Shown one piece after another: positions 15,853 through 25,521 of a stretch of DNA of 32,000 bases (position 1 is the first letter of the stretch; each line of letters opens with the position of its first letter). The DNA is from Thermofilum adornatum (GTDB lineage Archaea; Thermoproteota; Thermoprotei; Thermofilales; Thermofilaceae). Both the position numbers and the translations under genes were made by a program. The notes under the pieces are model-generated. The model was not told where the DNA came from. It saw only the letters and a list, made by a program, of their open reading frames with translations, and ran no database searches. The DNA lies in the NCBI RefSeq assembly GCF_000446015.1, contig NC_022093.1:1230001-1262000 (forward strand), in the 5' to 3' direction.

Positions 15853-16731
15853 ATGGCCGGTCATTCAGGAAAAATCTTGAACAAAATCATTATTGCCGTG
15901 GGCGTCATCCTCTTGTTACTCTGGATAATTATCCCCACATTCTGGGCATTCAAGACAAGCATATCTGTACCAGAAGAAGCATGGAAACCAATCCCAACAA
16001 AAATCACGTTAGACAACTACCTCAGTCTATTCAATCCCTCCCTGGAGGCTATTCTTCGTGGCATGGGTCTCCGTGCGGCCTTACCAGACCCAATGATCGT
16101 ATACGTGACAAATAGTTTAATTGTTTCTCTAACTGCATCTATTATAGGTGTTATTTTTGGGTCGCTTGCCGGCTACAATTTGGCTAGATTCAGCTATCGA
16201 GGCAAAAGGATAGTAATGTGGCTTGTACTTTTTGCGTATGTTTTTCCCGTATTTATCTTAATGGTACCCATCTTAGTCATGATGCGTTATCTTGGCCTGT
16301 ACAATACTTTGCTAGGATTATCAATCGTTCACTTAGCGTATACCCTTCCATACTCAACTCTAATTATGAGAAGCTATTTCTCAGGTATACCAAGCGTTCT
16401 GGAAGAAGCAGCACTAATTGATGGATGCACAAGGCTAGAAGCATTGTGGCGTGTCGTTATTCCTGTAGCTATACCAGGCTTTGTAACGGCATTTATTTTC
16501 TCATTCACATTATCTTGGAATGATTTGCTCTTTGCCTTGATTTTACTAAATTCTAGTCACAAATATACCTTGCCAATAGCTACTACATTCTTCCTATGGG
16601 GTGGCGAAATAGTTGATCCAGGCGGTCTAGCTGCTACAGCAATTTTTGCTGGAATTGTACCCTCAGTACTTTACATGCTGGTTCAAAAATATGTAGTAGT
16701 AGGGCTAGTTAAAGGAGCAGTAAAAGCATAG
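15853..16731 (+). CDS. Sugar ABC transporter permease (MalG/UgpE-like)
   Basis: EAA loop LEEAALIDGCTRLEALWRVVIPVA and six hydrophobic segments. It starts 2 nt after the upstream permease stop. Confidence 0.9.
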   Translation: MAGHSGKILNKIIIAVGVILLLLWIIIPTFWAFKTSISVPEEAWKPIPTKITLDNYLSLFNPSLEAILRGMGLRAALPDPMIVYVTNSLIVSLTASIIGVIFGSLAGYNLARFSYRGKRIVMWLVLFAYVFPVFILMVPILVMMRYLGLYNTLLGLSIVHLAYTLPYSTLIMRSYFSGIPSVLEEAALIDGCTRLEALWRVVIPVAIPGFVTAFIFSFTLSWNDLLFALILLNSSHKYTLPIATTFFLWGGEIVDPGGLAATAIFAGIVPSVLYMLVQKYVVVGLVKGAVKA

Positions 16732-16739
16732 TGAAATTT

Positions 16740-18269
16740 ATGACAACCGTTGTTATTGATATTGGAACGACAAATATAAAGACAGGTATTTTTGACGATG
16801 ACGGTCAACTGCTTGATCTACATTACGAAAGAGTAAACCTGGAGGTTGATGCCACGGGCAGGGCGGAGCAAGACCCTTACGATATATACTCGAAGGTGGT
16901 AGCATCCTTAAGACACGCTTCCAGAGTGACAGGTGGCGAAGCAGAAGCAATCTTCTTTACGTCGCAAATGCATAGTGCTATGCTTCTAGATAAAAATGGA
17001 GAACCGTTATCAAGGCTAATTACCTACTTAGATACACGTCTATCCCTGCATCTAGACGAGCTTAGTCTGAAGAATCATGATCTTTATCACGAGACGGGAT
17101 GTCCACCACTTATCATTTATCCACTTCCAAAGATTATTTACTTAAAGAAAATACTTAAACCAGACACAAAACATAAAATCGCTGTTTCAGTCAAAGAATT
17201 TCCTCTTTTAAAACTTACAGGTCACTTGGTTGTTGACGCTTCAACAGCATCAGGTGCTCAAATGGTGGATATACATTCTTTGAAGTGGAGTGAACATGCG
17301 GTGAGCTTGGCTCAACTTTCAGAGGAAAATCTTCCGGAGCTTGTTATTGGTGAAAAAGAGTACCTTGAGCTGACGAGTGATGCCGCGTCACTTATAGGTT
17401 TTAAAAAAGGCACTCCCGTCTATCCTGGCGTTTCCGACGCTGGAGCACATAGCTTTGGAGTATTAGCGATCGAAGAAAATACACTTGCTTTAAATGTAGG
17501 TACAAGTGCTGCGATTCGATTAACAAAGCCTGAACCGCAAGTGGATAGATACGACATGAGATTTTTCAGTTATTATGCAGGAAACTCAAGATGGATAATT
17601 GGAGGAGCTATAAACAATGCGGGTATCGCAGTTGAATGGTTCCTAAAATCATTTGCTACAGCCGAAGAAATAGTTTCAGATACGGCTCGTATAGACAAAT
17701 TCTCTTTGTTGGACGTAGAAGCACAGCTTTCGCCTCCAGGCGCCAATGGGCTAATATTTTTACCCTACTTGACCGGCGAAAGGTTTCCAATTCGTGATCC
17801 ATACTTTAGAGGAGTTCTCTACGGAGCATCCCTATCAACCACTAGAAACGATGTTTTAAGAGCCATAATGGAAGGAGTAGCATTTACTCTCAAAATGATT
17901 TACAATGCCTTACAAGAAAACGGGTTGAATGCTTCAATTATCCATGGAGGAGGTGGCGGATTACGCATGAAAACATGGAGACAAATCTTCTCGGACATAT
18001 TCGGCATACCGCTTCTAGTCGTTAGAGAAGACTACGAACCAACACTTATAGGAGGATGGTTACACTTCGCTTTAGCTAACGGTCTTATTAGCTATAAAGA
18101 AGCTCTTTACAGGTTTAAAGAAGTATTGCAGGACGGAGCTAACCCTGACCCCTTCACTAGTGAATTTTATTCAGAATACGTGAATTTATTTATAAAGCTT
18201 TATAACACTCTTAGGGACTATAGCAGAGAATTTCATAACTTTACAAAGAAACATGTAAAAGTTTTTTAA
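16740..18269 (+). CDS. FGGY-family carbohydrate kinase, copy 2 (paralogue of 10321-11826)
   Basis: MTTVVIDIGTTNIKTG, PPGANGLIFLPYLTGERFP and HGGGGGLRMKTWRQIFSDI. The ATG at 16740 gives the canonical N-terminus. An in-frame GTG at 16731 overlaps the permease stop by 1 nt. Confidence 0.9.
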   Translation: MTTVVIDIGTTNIKTGIFDDDGQLLDLHYERVNLEVDATGRAEQDPYDIYSKVVASLRHASRVTGGEAEAIFFTSQMHSAMLLDKNGEPLSRLITYLDTRLSLHLDELSLKNHDLYHETGCPPLIIYPLPKIIYLKKILKPDTKHKIAVSVKEFPLLKLTGHLVVDASTASGAQMVDIHSLKWSEHAVSLAQLSEENLPELVIGEKEYLELTSDAASLIGFKKGTPVYPGVSDAGAHSFGVLAIEENTLALNVGTSAAIRLTKPEPQVDRYDMRFFSYYAGNSRWIIGGAINNAGIAVEWFLKSFATAEEIVSDTARIDKFSLLDVEAQLSPPGANGLIFLPYLTGERFPIRDPYFRGVLYGASLSTTRNDVLRAIMEGVAFTLKMIYNALQENGLNASIIHGGGGGLRMKTWRQIFSDIFGIPLLVVREDYEPTLIGGWLHFALANGLISYKEALYRFKEVLQDGANPDPFTSEFYSEYVNLFIKLYNTLRDYSREFHNFTKKHVKVF

Positions 18270-18385
18270 AAATACTTGGAAAAGATTGTTTTTATCTAAA
18301 AGATCTTAAATGCATTTTTCTCAAATATTTGATACCTGTTGAAGAAAATAAGCACAGGAAACAAGAATACCAGTTCTAGGAAAAG

Positions 18386-19657
18386 CTAGAAGGGTCTTAT
18401 TGTCGTTGCAATTATGATTCCAATTAGTGCTAGGAATGCTATGTATGGGAATACAGCTATGTATGAGCCAAATATATCCTTTGCTTGCCCGGCAAGAAGA
18501 TTTCCGAGGATTGCTCCCACGCCATAAGCCGTGAAGACTAATCCATAATTTCGAGCATAATCCTTCATACCGAAAAATCTTGCGGTAGACGCTGGTGCAA
18601 TAGCTAGCCACCCTCCCAGGTTCATCCATAAAATCATAAATACAATGGCATAAAGCGTCAAAGAAGAAGGAAACATGGACATAAGTATCGACGACGTGAA
18701 TATTAGTCCAAACGACAATATCGCAGTATTCCTGGGACCAATCTTGTCAGTCATCCAGCCAAATATAGGTCTACCCAGCCCATTAGAAACTGCAAACGGT
18801 ATAACTAACAATGTAAGCATGGCAGAAGCCTCGCTGACTGGTATTCCAGCTCTCTGTGCAACCTCAAGGCCAACAAGCTTAGCTACGCCGATCGCCATAA
18901 GCCCCGCTAGGGTTCCAATAGTATAGCAAAGCCAAAGCCCAACAAAGGTTCTCGTCCTTATCATCTCGTGACGCATAAAGTCCCGGGGAGCGCCTTGATT
19001 TGCTTTAAGCGACGTTGCCGAATAAGATCCAGTATTTGAGGTTCTTCCTGGAGGCGGAAACTTCAGAGGAATAGCACACATGCAGATCCAGGCTATAAAC
19101 AAAATTCCTAGGACTCTCAAAGCATTGAGAAATCCAATCGATGAAGAGAGAAAATCAATGAGTGGTCCAACAATGGCTGCGGACAATCCGAAACCTAACA
19201 CCGTTAAGCCTACTGCTAGTCCACGCTTTTCTGGAAACCACTTTCCAGAAGTCACAATGGGGGCATTATATGCAATCCCCAGGCCAATTCCTACAATCAC
19301 TCCATAAAAGAAAACAAGGGTTAAAACATCTCTAGCATAGGACGATGCGAACCAGCCGAGACCTACAAGTATTCCACCAATTATAACGATGAGTCTTGGA
19401 CCATGTTTTTCAATATATTTCCCCATGAGGGGCATAGTTAACGAGAAAACAAATAAAGCTGTTATGAAAGGCAGTTGTGACTCTGTAGCACTGAGGCTTA
19501 TGCCGTACAGTTCTTCAAAGGTGGTTTTGAAGTGCACTATAAGAATGCTGTATGCAAACACAGCCCCGAGAGCCAAGTTTATCAGCATCCCGCAGATCAC
19601 TATTAGCCAGCGACTTTTCCCAGCTTTCCTGTCAAACTCAACTGTGTCTGTGACCAT
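18386..19657 (-). CDS. MFS transporter, oxalate/formate antiporter (OFA)-like family
   Basis: 423 aa with 12 hydrophobic segments. The N-terminus RWLIVICGMLINLALGAVFAYSIL is typical of OFA-type MFS proteins. Confidence 0.75.
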   Translation of the reverse strand: MVTDTVEFDRKAGKSRWLIVICGMLINLALGAVFAYSILIVHFKTTFEELYGISLSATESQLPFITALFVFSLTMPLMGKYIEKHGPRLIVIIGGILVGLGWFASSYARDVLTLVFFYGVIVGIGLGIAYNAPIVTSGKWFPEKRGLAVGLTVLGFGLSAAIVGPLIDFLSSSIGFLNALRVLGILFIAWICMCAIPLKFPPPGRTSNTGSYSATSLKANQGAPRDFMRHEMIRTRTFVGLWLCYTIGTLAGLMAIGVAKLVGLEVAQRAGIPVSEASAMLTLLVIPFAVSNGLGRPIFGWMTDKIGPRNTAILSFGLIFTSSILMSMFPSSLTLYAIVFMILWMNLGGWLAIAPASTARFFGMKDYARNYGLVFTAYGVGAILGNLLAGQAKDIFGSYIAVFPYIAFLALIGIIIATTIRPF

Positions 19658-19751
19658 ATAGGTAAGATTATGTATGTCGAAAATTTAAACAAAACTCGGC
19701 ATTTGTAAACATCTAAAAGTTCTTAAAGCATAGTTTGGCCTCATATTTTCG

Positions 19752-20459
19752 ATGCATGTGGACATAGGTAAGCTGAGGAAACTAGGAGAAGCAAAATCTT
19801 CAAGAATAATTGTTGCACTCGATGATTTGCCTGGAGGAGTGTCTCCCCAGAGTATTGATATCTTTCTAGAAGAAATAGCGAAGTACGTTGTGGGCATAAA
19901 GATTGGGTTGCCCCTTGTGCTCGCTATGGATATTTCGGACGTGGCTGAACTTATAGGTAGGTTTAAGGGAGACTTCTACTTCTTGGCTGACTTCAAGCTT
20001 GCAGATATACCTAGCATAGTTAAGAAAGAACTAAGTCTAATCGAGAGAAACGGCTTTGACGGTGCGATTTTGCACCTTTTCCCATTGGGGCTCGAAGAAG
20101 TTTTAAATGACAAAGACAATATTAGCCTAGACGTCTTTGGTTTGGTAGCTATGAGTCACCCAGAGGCCAGGTTGCTAGATCAACATTTTGGGGATCTTTT
20201 GGAGTATTCTACAAGGCTGAGTCTTAGTGGCGTAGTTTTGCCTGCGACTAAGCCAGAGCTTATACAGAAGGCGCGCAAGTATCTGCCCCCCAGATACACG
20301 ATTATTTCGCCTGGAATCGGAGCGCAGGGCGCAGAGCCTGGAACAGCCTTAAAACATGGGGCCGACTTTGAAATCGTGGGGAGGATGCTGACAATGAGTA
20401 GGGATCCTCGCGATGTCGCTGAAAAAATAGTGGAGGAGCAGAGGAGGTGGCTAAGGTGA
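19752..20459 (+). CDS. pyrF: Orotidine 5'-phosphate decarboxylase
   Basis: IIVALDD near the N-terminus, the DxKxxD block FLADFKLADIP, and the C-terminal IVGR phosphate-binding region. pyr gene context. Confidence 0.85.
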   Translation: MHVDIGKLRKLGEAKSSRIIVALDDLPGGVSPQSIDIFLEEIAKYVVGIKIGLPLVLAMDISDVAELIGRFKGDFYFLADFKLADIPSIVKKELSLIERNGFDGAILHLFPLGLEEVLNDKDNISLDVFGLVAMSHPEARLLDQHFGDLLEYSTRLSLSGVVLPATKPELIQKARKYLPPRYTIISPGIGAQGAEPGTALKHGADFEIVGRMLTMSRDPRDVAEKIVEEQRRWLR

Positions 20460-20977
20460 TAGAGGAAATACTCTGGCAGATAGGGGCTGTCAAGACAGGG
20501 GAATTCAGGCTTACCTCTGGAAAGATTAGCAACATATACGTTGACCTGAGAAAGCTACCATCGTATCCCGAGGCTTTCCGGAGGGTTGTCCAACTCATGA
20601 CGGAAAAAGCTAGACAATATTCGTTTGACTACGTGTGTGGAATAGCTGTGGGAGGTCTTCCCCTAGCCACAGCTATAGCCTACGAAATGTCTAAGCCTCT
20701 CATCTACGCCAGGCGAGAAAAGAAGACACATGGAACAATGAAACAGCTCGAGGGAGACTATGTCAAAGGCTCAAAGATACTCTTGATAGACGACGTTGCG
20801 ACCACGGGCGGGACACTAATAGACATCATTGGTCTACTTCGGGGCGAGGGACTAGAAGTTATAAAAGCCCTAGTAGTTGTCGATAGAGGAGAAGGTGCAA
20901 GGGAAGCTCTCCAAAACATAGGCGTCTCTCTCGACAGTCTAACCACCCTTGAAAGCATACTTAGAGCGAAAAAGTAG
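20456..20977 (+). CDS. pyrE: Orotate phosphoribosyltransferase
   Basis: FRLTSGKISNIYVD and the PRPP-binding loop ILLIDDVATTGGT. GTG at 20456 overlaps the pyrF stop as GTGA and follows GAGGAGGTGG. An in-frame GTG at 20447 is the ORF-track start. Confidence 0.9.
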   Translation: MIEEILWQIGAVKTGEFRLTSGKISNIYVDLRKLPSYPEAFRRVVQLMTEKARQYSFDYVCGIAVGGLPLATAIAYEMSKPLIYARREKKTHGTMKQLEGDYVKGSKILLIDDVATTGGTLIDIIGLLRGEGLEVIKALVVVDRGEGAREALQNIGVSLDSLTTLESILRAKK

Positions 20978-21025
20978 CTAAGAGAAAAACTTATAAACCA
21001 AAGAAAAGTTTTCTGGAGCGGGCAT

Positions 21026-21979
21026 TTGGTTCCAAGCCCAAATACACATGTAGGTTTCAACCCATTCTATAGGAGAGACGTGTTGTCCATCCTCGATTTT
21101 AAAAAGGAAGAGCTCGAGTATTTGTTCCAAGAAGCAGAGAATATTCTCAGAGACCCTACAAAATATAGGGACGTTTTAAGGGGCAAAATACTGGCGACAG
21201 CATTCTTCGAGCCAAGCACTAGGACCCGCCTCAGCTTCCAGTCTGCGATCCTGAGGCTTGGAGGAAGCTACCTGGATCTAGGAGAACTAGAAAAAAGCTC
21301 GATAGCCAAGGGAGAAAACATTGCAGACACGATAAGGATGCTCGACTCATATGCAGATATAATTGTTATTAGACACAAGCTGGAGGGAGCCGCCAAATTC
21401 GCCGCAGAAATAGCAGAAAACCCAGTAATAAACGCGGGCGACGGCAGAAAGCATCATCCAACCCAGGCAATGCTCGACATGTTCACTGTGAGAAGGCTGA
21501 AGAACAGGATAGATGGCTTGACATATGGAGTACTTGGAGACCTAAAGTATGGGAGGGCCGCGGCAAGCTTTATCCTTGCCCTCTCAATATTCAGCCCCAA
21601 GAAAATATATCTGATTTCTCCAGGGCTTTTACGGGCCCGTGAAGACGTTACAAGCATCCTTAGGGAGAGGGGTATAAGCTTTGAAGAAGTTGAAAACCCA
21701 AGCGAAGTTATTGGAGAGCTAGACGTCCTGTATGTGACGAGGATTCAGCGTGAACGTTTTCCAGACCCCTCTGAATACGAAAAGGTGAAGGGGAGCTATA
21801 TCGTGGACTTAAAGCTTCTCAGAAATGCCAAGGAAGACCTAATAGTCCTCCACCCATTGCCCAGGGTAGACGAAATAGCCCTGGAAGTTGACGGCACCAG
21901 GTATGCCAAATACTTCGAGCAGGCCCGATTAGGGGTACCCCTTCGAATGGCTCTGTTGAAGCTTGTTCTCGAGGGGTGA
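21026..21979 (+). CDS. pyrB: Aspartate carbamoyltransferase catalytic subunit
   Basis: [12 protein letters not shown] (carbamoyl-phosphate site), HPTQA and HPLPR motifs. The start is uncertain: TTG at 21026 or GTG at 21080, with no in-frame ATG. Confidence 0.92.
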   Translation: MVPSPNTHVGFNPFYRRDVLSILDFKKEELEYLFQEAENILRDPTKYRDVLRGKILATAFFEPSTRTRLSFQSAILRLGGSYLDLGELEKSSIAKGENIADTIRMLDSYADIIVIRHKLEGAAKFAAEIAENPVINAGDGRKHHPTQAMLDMFTVRRLKNRIDGLTYGVLGDLKYGRAAASFILALSIFSPKKIYLISPGLLRAREDVTSILRERGISFEEVENPSEVIGELDVLYVTRIQRERFPDPSEYEKVKGSYIVDLKLLRNAKEDLIVLHPLPRVDEIALEVDGTRYAKYFEQARLGVPLRMALLKLVLEG

Positions 21980-21984
21980 GATAA

Positions 21985-22458
21985 ATGAGTGAAGAGTTAC
22001 TCGTGAGGAAAATTAGGGACGGAACAGTTATAGACCACATACCTGCGGGTAGGGCACTGGACGTACTAAAGATTCTTGGACTCAGCGGCAAAGAGGGGTC
22101 AACTATAGCCATAGTAATGAACGTCCCGAGCAAAAAGCTGGGAAGAAAAGACATTGTTAAGGTTGAGGGCAAGTTTCTCGAGCCAAAAGAAGTAGACGAG
22201 ATCGCGCTTATAGCGCCCACAGCGACTATAAACATAGTGAAGGACTTCAGGGTTTTAGAAAAGAGGAGAGTCCAAGTTCCAGGGGAAATAAAAGGTTTGC
22301 TTAGGTGTCCAAACCCCAACTGCGTCACAAATACCAAGAGAGAGCCCATAGAGACAAGGTTCAAACTCGTATCCATTGCTCCGCTCAAGCTAAAATGCTA
22401 CTACTGCGAAGACATAGTAACAGAGGAACAAGTCATACAGCAATTAGTAAGAGAATAG
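21985..22458 (+). CDS. pyrI: Aspartate carbamoyltransferase regulatory subunit
   Basis: [14 protein letters not shown]-domain and a C-terminal Zn cluster CPNPNC...CYYCE. Confidence 0.92.
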   Translation: MSEELLVRKIRDGTVIDHIPAGRALDVLKILGLSGKEGSTIAIVMNVPSKKLGRKDIVKVEGKFLEPKEVDEIALIAPTATINIVKDFRVLEKRRVQVPGEIKGLLRCPNPNCVTNTKREPIETRFKLVSIAPLKLKCYYCEDIVTEEQVIQQLVRE

Positions 22459-22475
22459 TAAGGTCGAAGAACAAC

Positions 22476-23783
22476 ATGCATGAAGAACCAGACTTCTTTA
22501 TTTTGGGAAAAGCCTACATCACGGGAAGAGTTGTAAACGCCGCCATCGGCATTTCAGGCGAAAAAATAGTTTCGCTCACATCTCCTGGCAATATTCCGCC
22601 ATCAGCGCGTAGACGTGAATACGGGGATGGCTTCCTCGTGGTGCCAGGAATGGTGGATATCCATGTCCACATGCGGGAGCCAGGCCTCGAGTACAAAGAG
22701 GACTGGAGAACAGGCTCAATGGCCGCTGTGAAGGGAGGCGTAACATTTGTAGCCGACATGCCAAACAACAAGCCTCCAGCAAACAACTGTAACATTTTAC
22801 GCGAGAAGCTTGAAAGGGCAAAAAGGAAATCAATTGTAGACTATGCCTTCTATGCGGGTTTTAACATTAGACCCGAAGAACTCTCGAAATGCAAGGACCT
22901 CTACATAGGTGGAAAAATCTATCCAGAAGACCTGTACAGCCCAATTGTAGAGGAATTTGCCAGGCTCATCGCTTCTCAAAATAAAATACTTGTTGTCCAT
23001 GCAGAAGACCCAATACTTTTAAAACCCGACGCCAAAATCCTGCATAGTATAGCAAGGCCGCCAGAGGCAGAGAAGAGCGCCGTAAAGAAAACACTAGAAT
23101 TAGCGTTGCAGACAGGTGCTAGGACACATATTACACATATCTCTCTCGCCGACTCAATAATCGAAATCCTAAAAGCAAAACTCGCCGGTCATCCAGTGAC
23201 TCTCGACACAGCTCCACACTACTTCCTGCTTAACGATTCTCTTTATACAACCTCGAGAAAAAACATCGCCAAAGTAAATCCTCCACTCAGAAGCGAAAAA
23301 GATAGGCAGACACTCTACATCGCTGTAAATAAAATGCTCGTAGACGCCATTGTAACCGACCATGCGCCACACCTTCTCGAAGAAAAGCTCGGGGAAGATC
23401 CTCCTTCAGGCTTCCCTGGCCTCGAGGTGGCTTTACACCTGTTACTCCGAGAAATTCTTGAAGGGAGAATGCCTATCCAAGTCTTAGACCTCTATAGTTT
23501 TCGGCCTGCGTCGCTTCTAGGGATAAACAAGGGATGCATCAGCATTGGGTGTGACGCAGACCTCGTAGTGCTTAGAAAAGAGAGCTGGGAAATAAGGCCG
23601 GATGAGTTTGTCTCAAAGGCTAAATATTCTCCCTTTGAGGGGGCCGTCTTAAGGACAAAGACGCATGCAGTTTTCCTGAGGGGAAGAACAGTCTATGAAG
23701 AGGGTGAGTTCTACGAGGATGTCAGGGGCAAATTTTACCCACTAGAAGCTCCAACAAGCTACGAAACACTGCAGGACAGGTGA
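22476..23783 (+). CDS. pyrC: Dihydroorotase
   Basis: PGMVDIHVHMREPG metal-binding motif, later HAED and a DHAPH block. ATG at 22476 lies 17 nt after the pyrI stop. The ORF-track start at 22305 runs through pyrI and is rejected. Confidence 0.9.
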   Translation: MHEEPDFFILGKAYITGRVVNAAIGISGEKIVSLTSPGNIPPSARRREYGDGFLVVPGMVDIHVHMREPGLEYKEDWRTGSMAAVKGGVTFVADMPNNKPPANNCNILREKLERAKRKSIVDYAFYAGFNIRPEELSKCKDLYIGGKIYPEDLYSPIVEEFARLIASQNKILVVHAEDPILLKPDAKILHSIARPPEAEKSAVKKTLELALQTGARTHITHISLADSIIEILKAKLAGHPVTLDTAPHYFLLNDSLYTTSRKNIAKVNPPLRSEKDRQTLYIAVNKMLVDAIVTDHAPHLLEEKLGEDPPSGFPGLEVALHLLLREILEGRMPIQVLDLYSFRPASLLGINKGCISIGCDADLVVLRKESWEIRPDEFVSKAKYSPFEGAVLRTKTHAVFLRGRTVYEEGEFYEDVRGKFYPLEAPTSYETLQDR

Positions 23784-24595
23784 TTAGCTTGCCATATCGG
23801 GTAGCCACAGTAGAAGAAGTTAGAAATCTTACGAGAGACATAAAGATGTATACCCTAAGCATCAACGAGACTTTCAATAGCGACCCAGGACAATACGTAA
23901 TGGTCTGGGTTCCGGGAGTTGGAGAGATACCTATAAGCTTGTCACTTGTAGATGGGGAAACTTTTTGTCTGGTTATCGCTAGGAAGGGAAAAGTAACAAG
24001 CTATATCCACGAGAATATAAAAGAAGGGGATAAACTGTATCTTAGGGGTCCATACGGCAATGGCTTCAAGCTACAAGGTGGAAAAGCACTGATTGTAGGC
24101 GGAGGCTATGGCGTTGCACCTCTCTTATTCCTGGCACGAGAACTAGCAAGACGATACGTGAGGTCCGACGTTGTATTGGGTTTCCGTTCAAAGGAGCATG
24201 CAATATTGATTTCAGAATTTGAGGAATATGCTGACAGACTAGTAGTATCCACAGACGATGGAAGCCTCGGAGTCAGGGGCACAGCGGTAGACGTGGCGAG
24301 ACAGCTAGTAGATAGAAACATCTACGCCACGCTATACACCTGTGGAAAAGAACAAATGATGTACAAACTAGTAGAGCTCGCCTTAAACAGAGGCATAAAA
24401 ACTCAAGCCTCGCTTGAAAGACTAATAAAATGTGGCATAGGCATATGTGGCTCCTGCGTCTTAGAGCCATTGGGACTTAGGGTATGCAGAGACGGGCCAG
24501 TCTTCGATGGAGAAACGCTGCTAAAAACTGTGGATTTCGGGAGGTTTTGGCATGACTCAACAGGTAAGCCAATCCCAATAGAAGAGGTGAAATGA
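23780..24595 (+). CDS. pyrK: Dihydroorotate dehydrogenase (type 1B) electron-transfer subunit
   Basis: Ferredoxin-reductase-like fold (GGGYGVAPL) and a C-terminal 2Fe-2S motif CGIGICGSC...C. The GTG overlaps the pyrC stop (GTGA). Confidence 0.88.
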   Translation: MISLPYRVATVEEVRNLTRDIKMYTLSINETFNSDPGQYVMVWVPGVGEIPISLSLVDGETFCLVIARKGKVTSYIHENIKEGDKLYLRGPYGNGFKLQGGKALIVGGGYGVAPLLFLARELARRYVRSDVVLGFRSKEHAILISEFEEYADRLVVSTDDGSLGVRGTAVDVARQLVDRNIYATLYTCGKEQMMYKLVELALNRGIKTQASLERLIKCGIGICGSCVLEPLGLRVCRDGPVFDGETLLKTVDFGRFWHDSTGKPIPIEEVK

Positions 24596-25503
24596 TGAGT
24601 AGCGAGCCAAGCCTCTCTGTAGACCTGGGCGTCTTAAAATTGAGGAATCCCATAATTATTGCTTCAGGCGTACTCGGGGTAAGCATCGGGCTAATGAAGA
24701 GGGCAGAAGAAGCAGGCGCGGCAGCAATAACCTCTAAAACAACGACGCTTGAACCACGGAAAGGACACGAGAACCCCGTAGTCTACGAGCTTGAATACGG
24801 CTTGCTGAACTCCATGGGTCTCCCAAACCCAGGCGCAGAGGAGATGGGCAAGATACTCGAAGAGGCAAAGAGAATAATCAACGTCCCGATAATCGCGAGC
24901 TTTGGCGCCTCGACTCCAGAAGAGGCGCTCAAGATAGCTGAACACCTTAAACACGCAGACGCCCTCGAGCTCAATGCAAGTTGTCCACACGTAAAGGGTC
25001 TAGGAGCAGACCTAATGTCGGATCCTAAAGCAATTCACGACATTATCTCAGAGGTCAAGGCGTCGGGCTACAAGATATTCCTTAAGCTGAGTGCGCACGG
25101 CGATTACCTGTATATAGCTAGAAAGGCCTACGACGCGGGCGTAGACGGATTTACAGCGATAAATACTCTAAAAGCTATGGCTATAGACATAAACGCCAAG
25201 AAGCCTGTACTTGGAGGAAAAGTTGGGGGGCTTTCTGGCAAAGCAATCCATCCCATAGCAGTGAGGATAGTGTACGAGCTTCGCCGAGAATTCCCAGACG
25301 TGCCGATCATAGGCACAGGTGGCGTCGAGACGTGGCAGGACGCAGTTGAGCTCTTACTTGCAGGCGCAAAGGCAATTGGCATAGGCACAGTGCTCAAAAA
25401 AGGCTTCCATGCAATAGGCCAGCTTCTTGATGGAATAAAGGAATACCTAGCTATGAATGGCTACAGAGATATCAACGAAATAACGGGTCTAGCCCACAAG
25501 TGA
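24592..25503 (+). CDS. pyrD: Dihydroorotate dehydrogenase (type 1B) catalytic subunit
   Basis: LRNPIIIASG, NSMGLPNPG, the active-site Cys block LNASCPHV, and GTGGV. The ATG overlaps the pyrK stop (ATGA). Confidence 0.92.
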   Translation: MMSSEPSLSVDLGVLKLRNPIIIASGVLGVSIGLMKRAEEAGAAAITSKTTTLEPRKGHENPVVYELEYGLLNSMGLPNPGAEEMGKILEEAKRIINVPIIASFGASTPEEALKIAEHLKHADALELNASCPHVKGLGADLMSDPKAIHDIISEVKASGYKIFLKLSAHGDYLYIARKAYDAGVDGFTAINTLKAMAIDINAKKPVLGGKVGGLSGKAIHPIAVRIVYELRREFPDVPIIGTGGVETWQDAVELLLAGAKAIGIGTVLKKGFHAIGQLLDGIKEYLAMNGYRDINEITGLAHK

Positions 25504-25521
25504 CGAGAACTAGGAAAGTCT

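Noticed and set aside
18321-18629. 102-aa minus-strand ORF overlapping the 3' end of the OFA-type MFS gene in another frame
   Set aside because: It lies nested on the same strand, out of frame, within a coherent 12-TM transporter ORF. Its translation lacks structure or motifs.
19733-19740. GTTTGGCC upstream of pyrF and the MFS gene as a further copy of the island operator half-site
   Set aside because: It is only 12 nt from the pyrF ATG and about 75 nt from the MFS start, so it does not share the palindrome-then-TATA architecture. A 6-7-mer match here is compatible with chance.
21819-22388. 189-aa minus-strand ORF across the pyrB/pyrI junction
   Set aside because: It is antisense to two unambiguous pyr genes, and its translation is low-complexity Ser/Leu/Thr.
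22305-22475. N-terminal 57-codon extension of pyrC offered by the ORF track
   Set aside because: It overlaps the 3' third of pyrI in another frame and encodes basic low-complexity sequence. The ATG at 22476 gives a normal dihydroorotase N-terminus.
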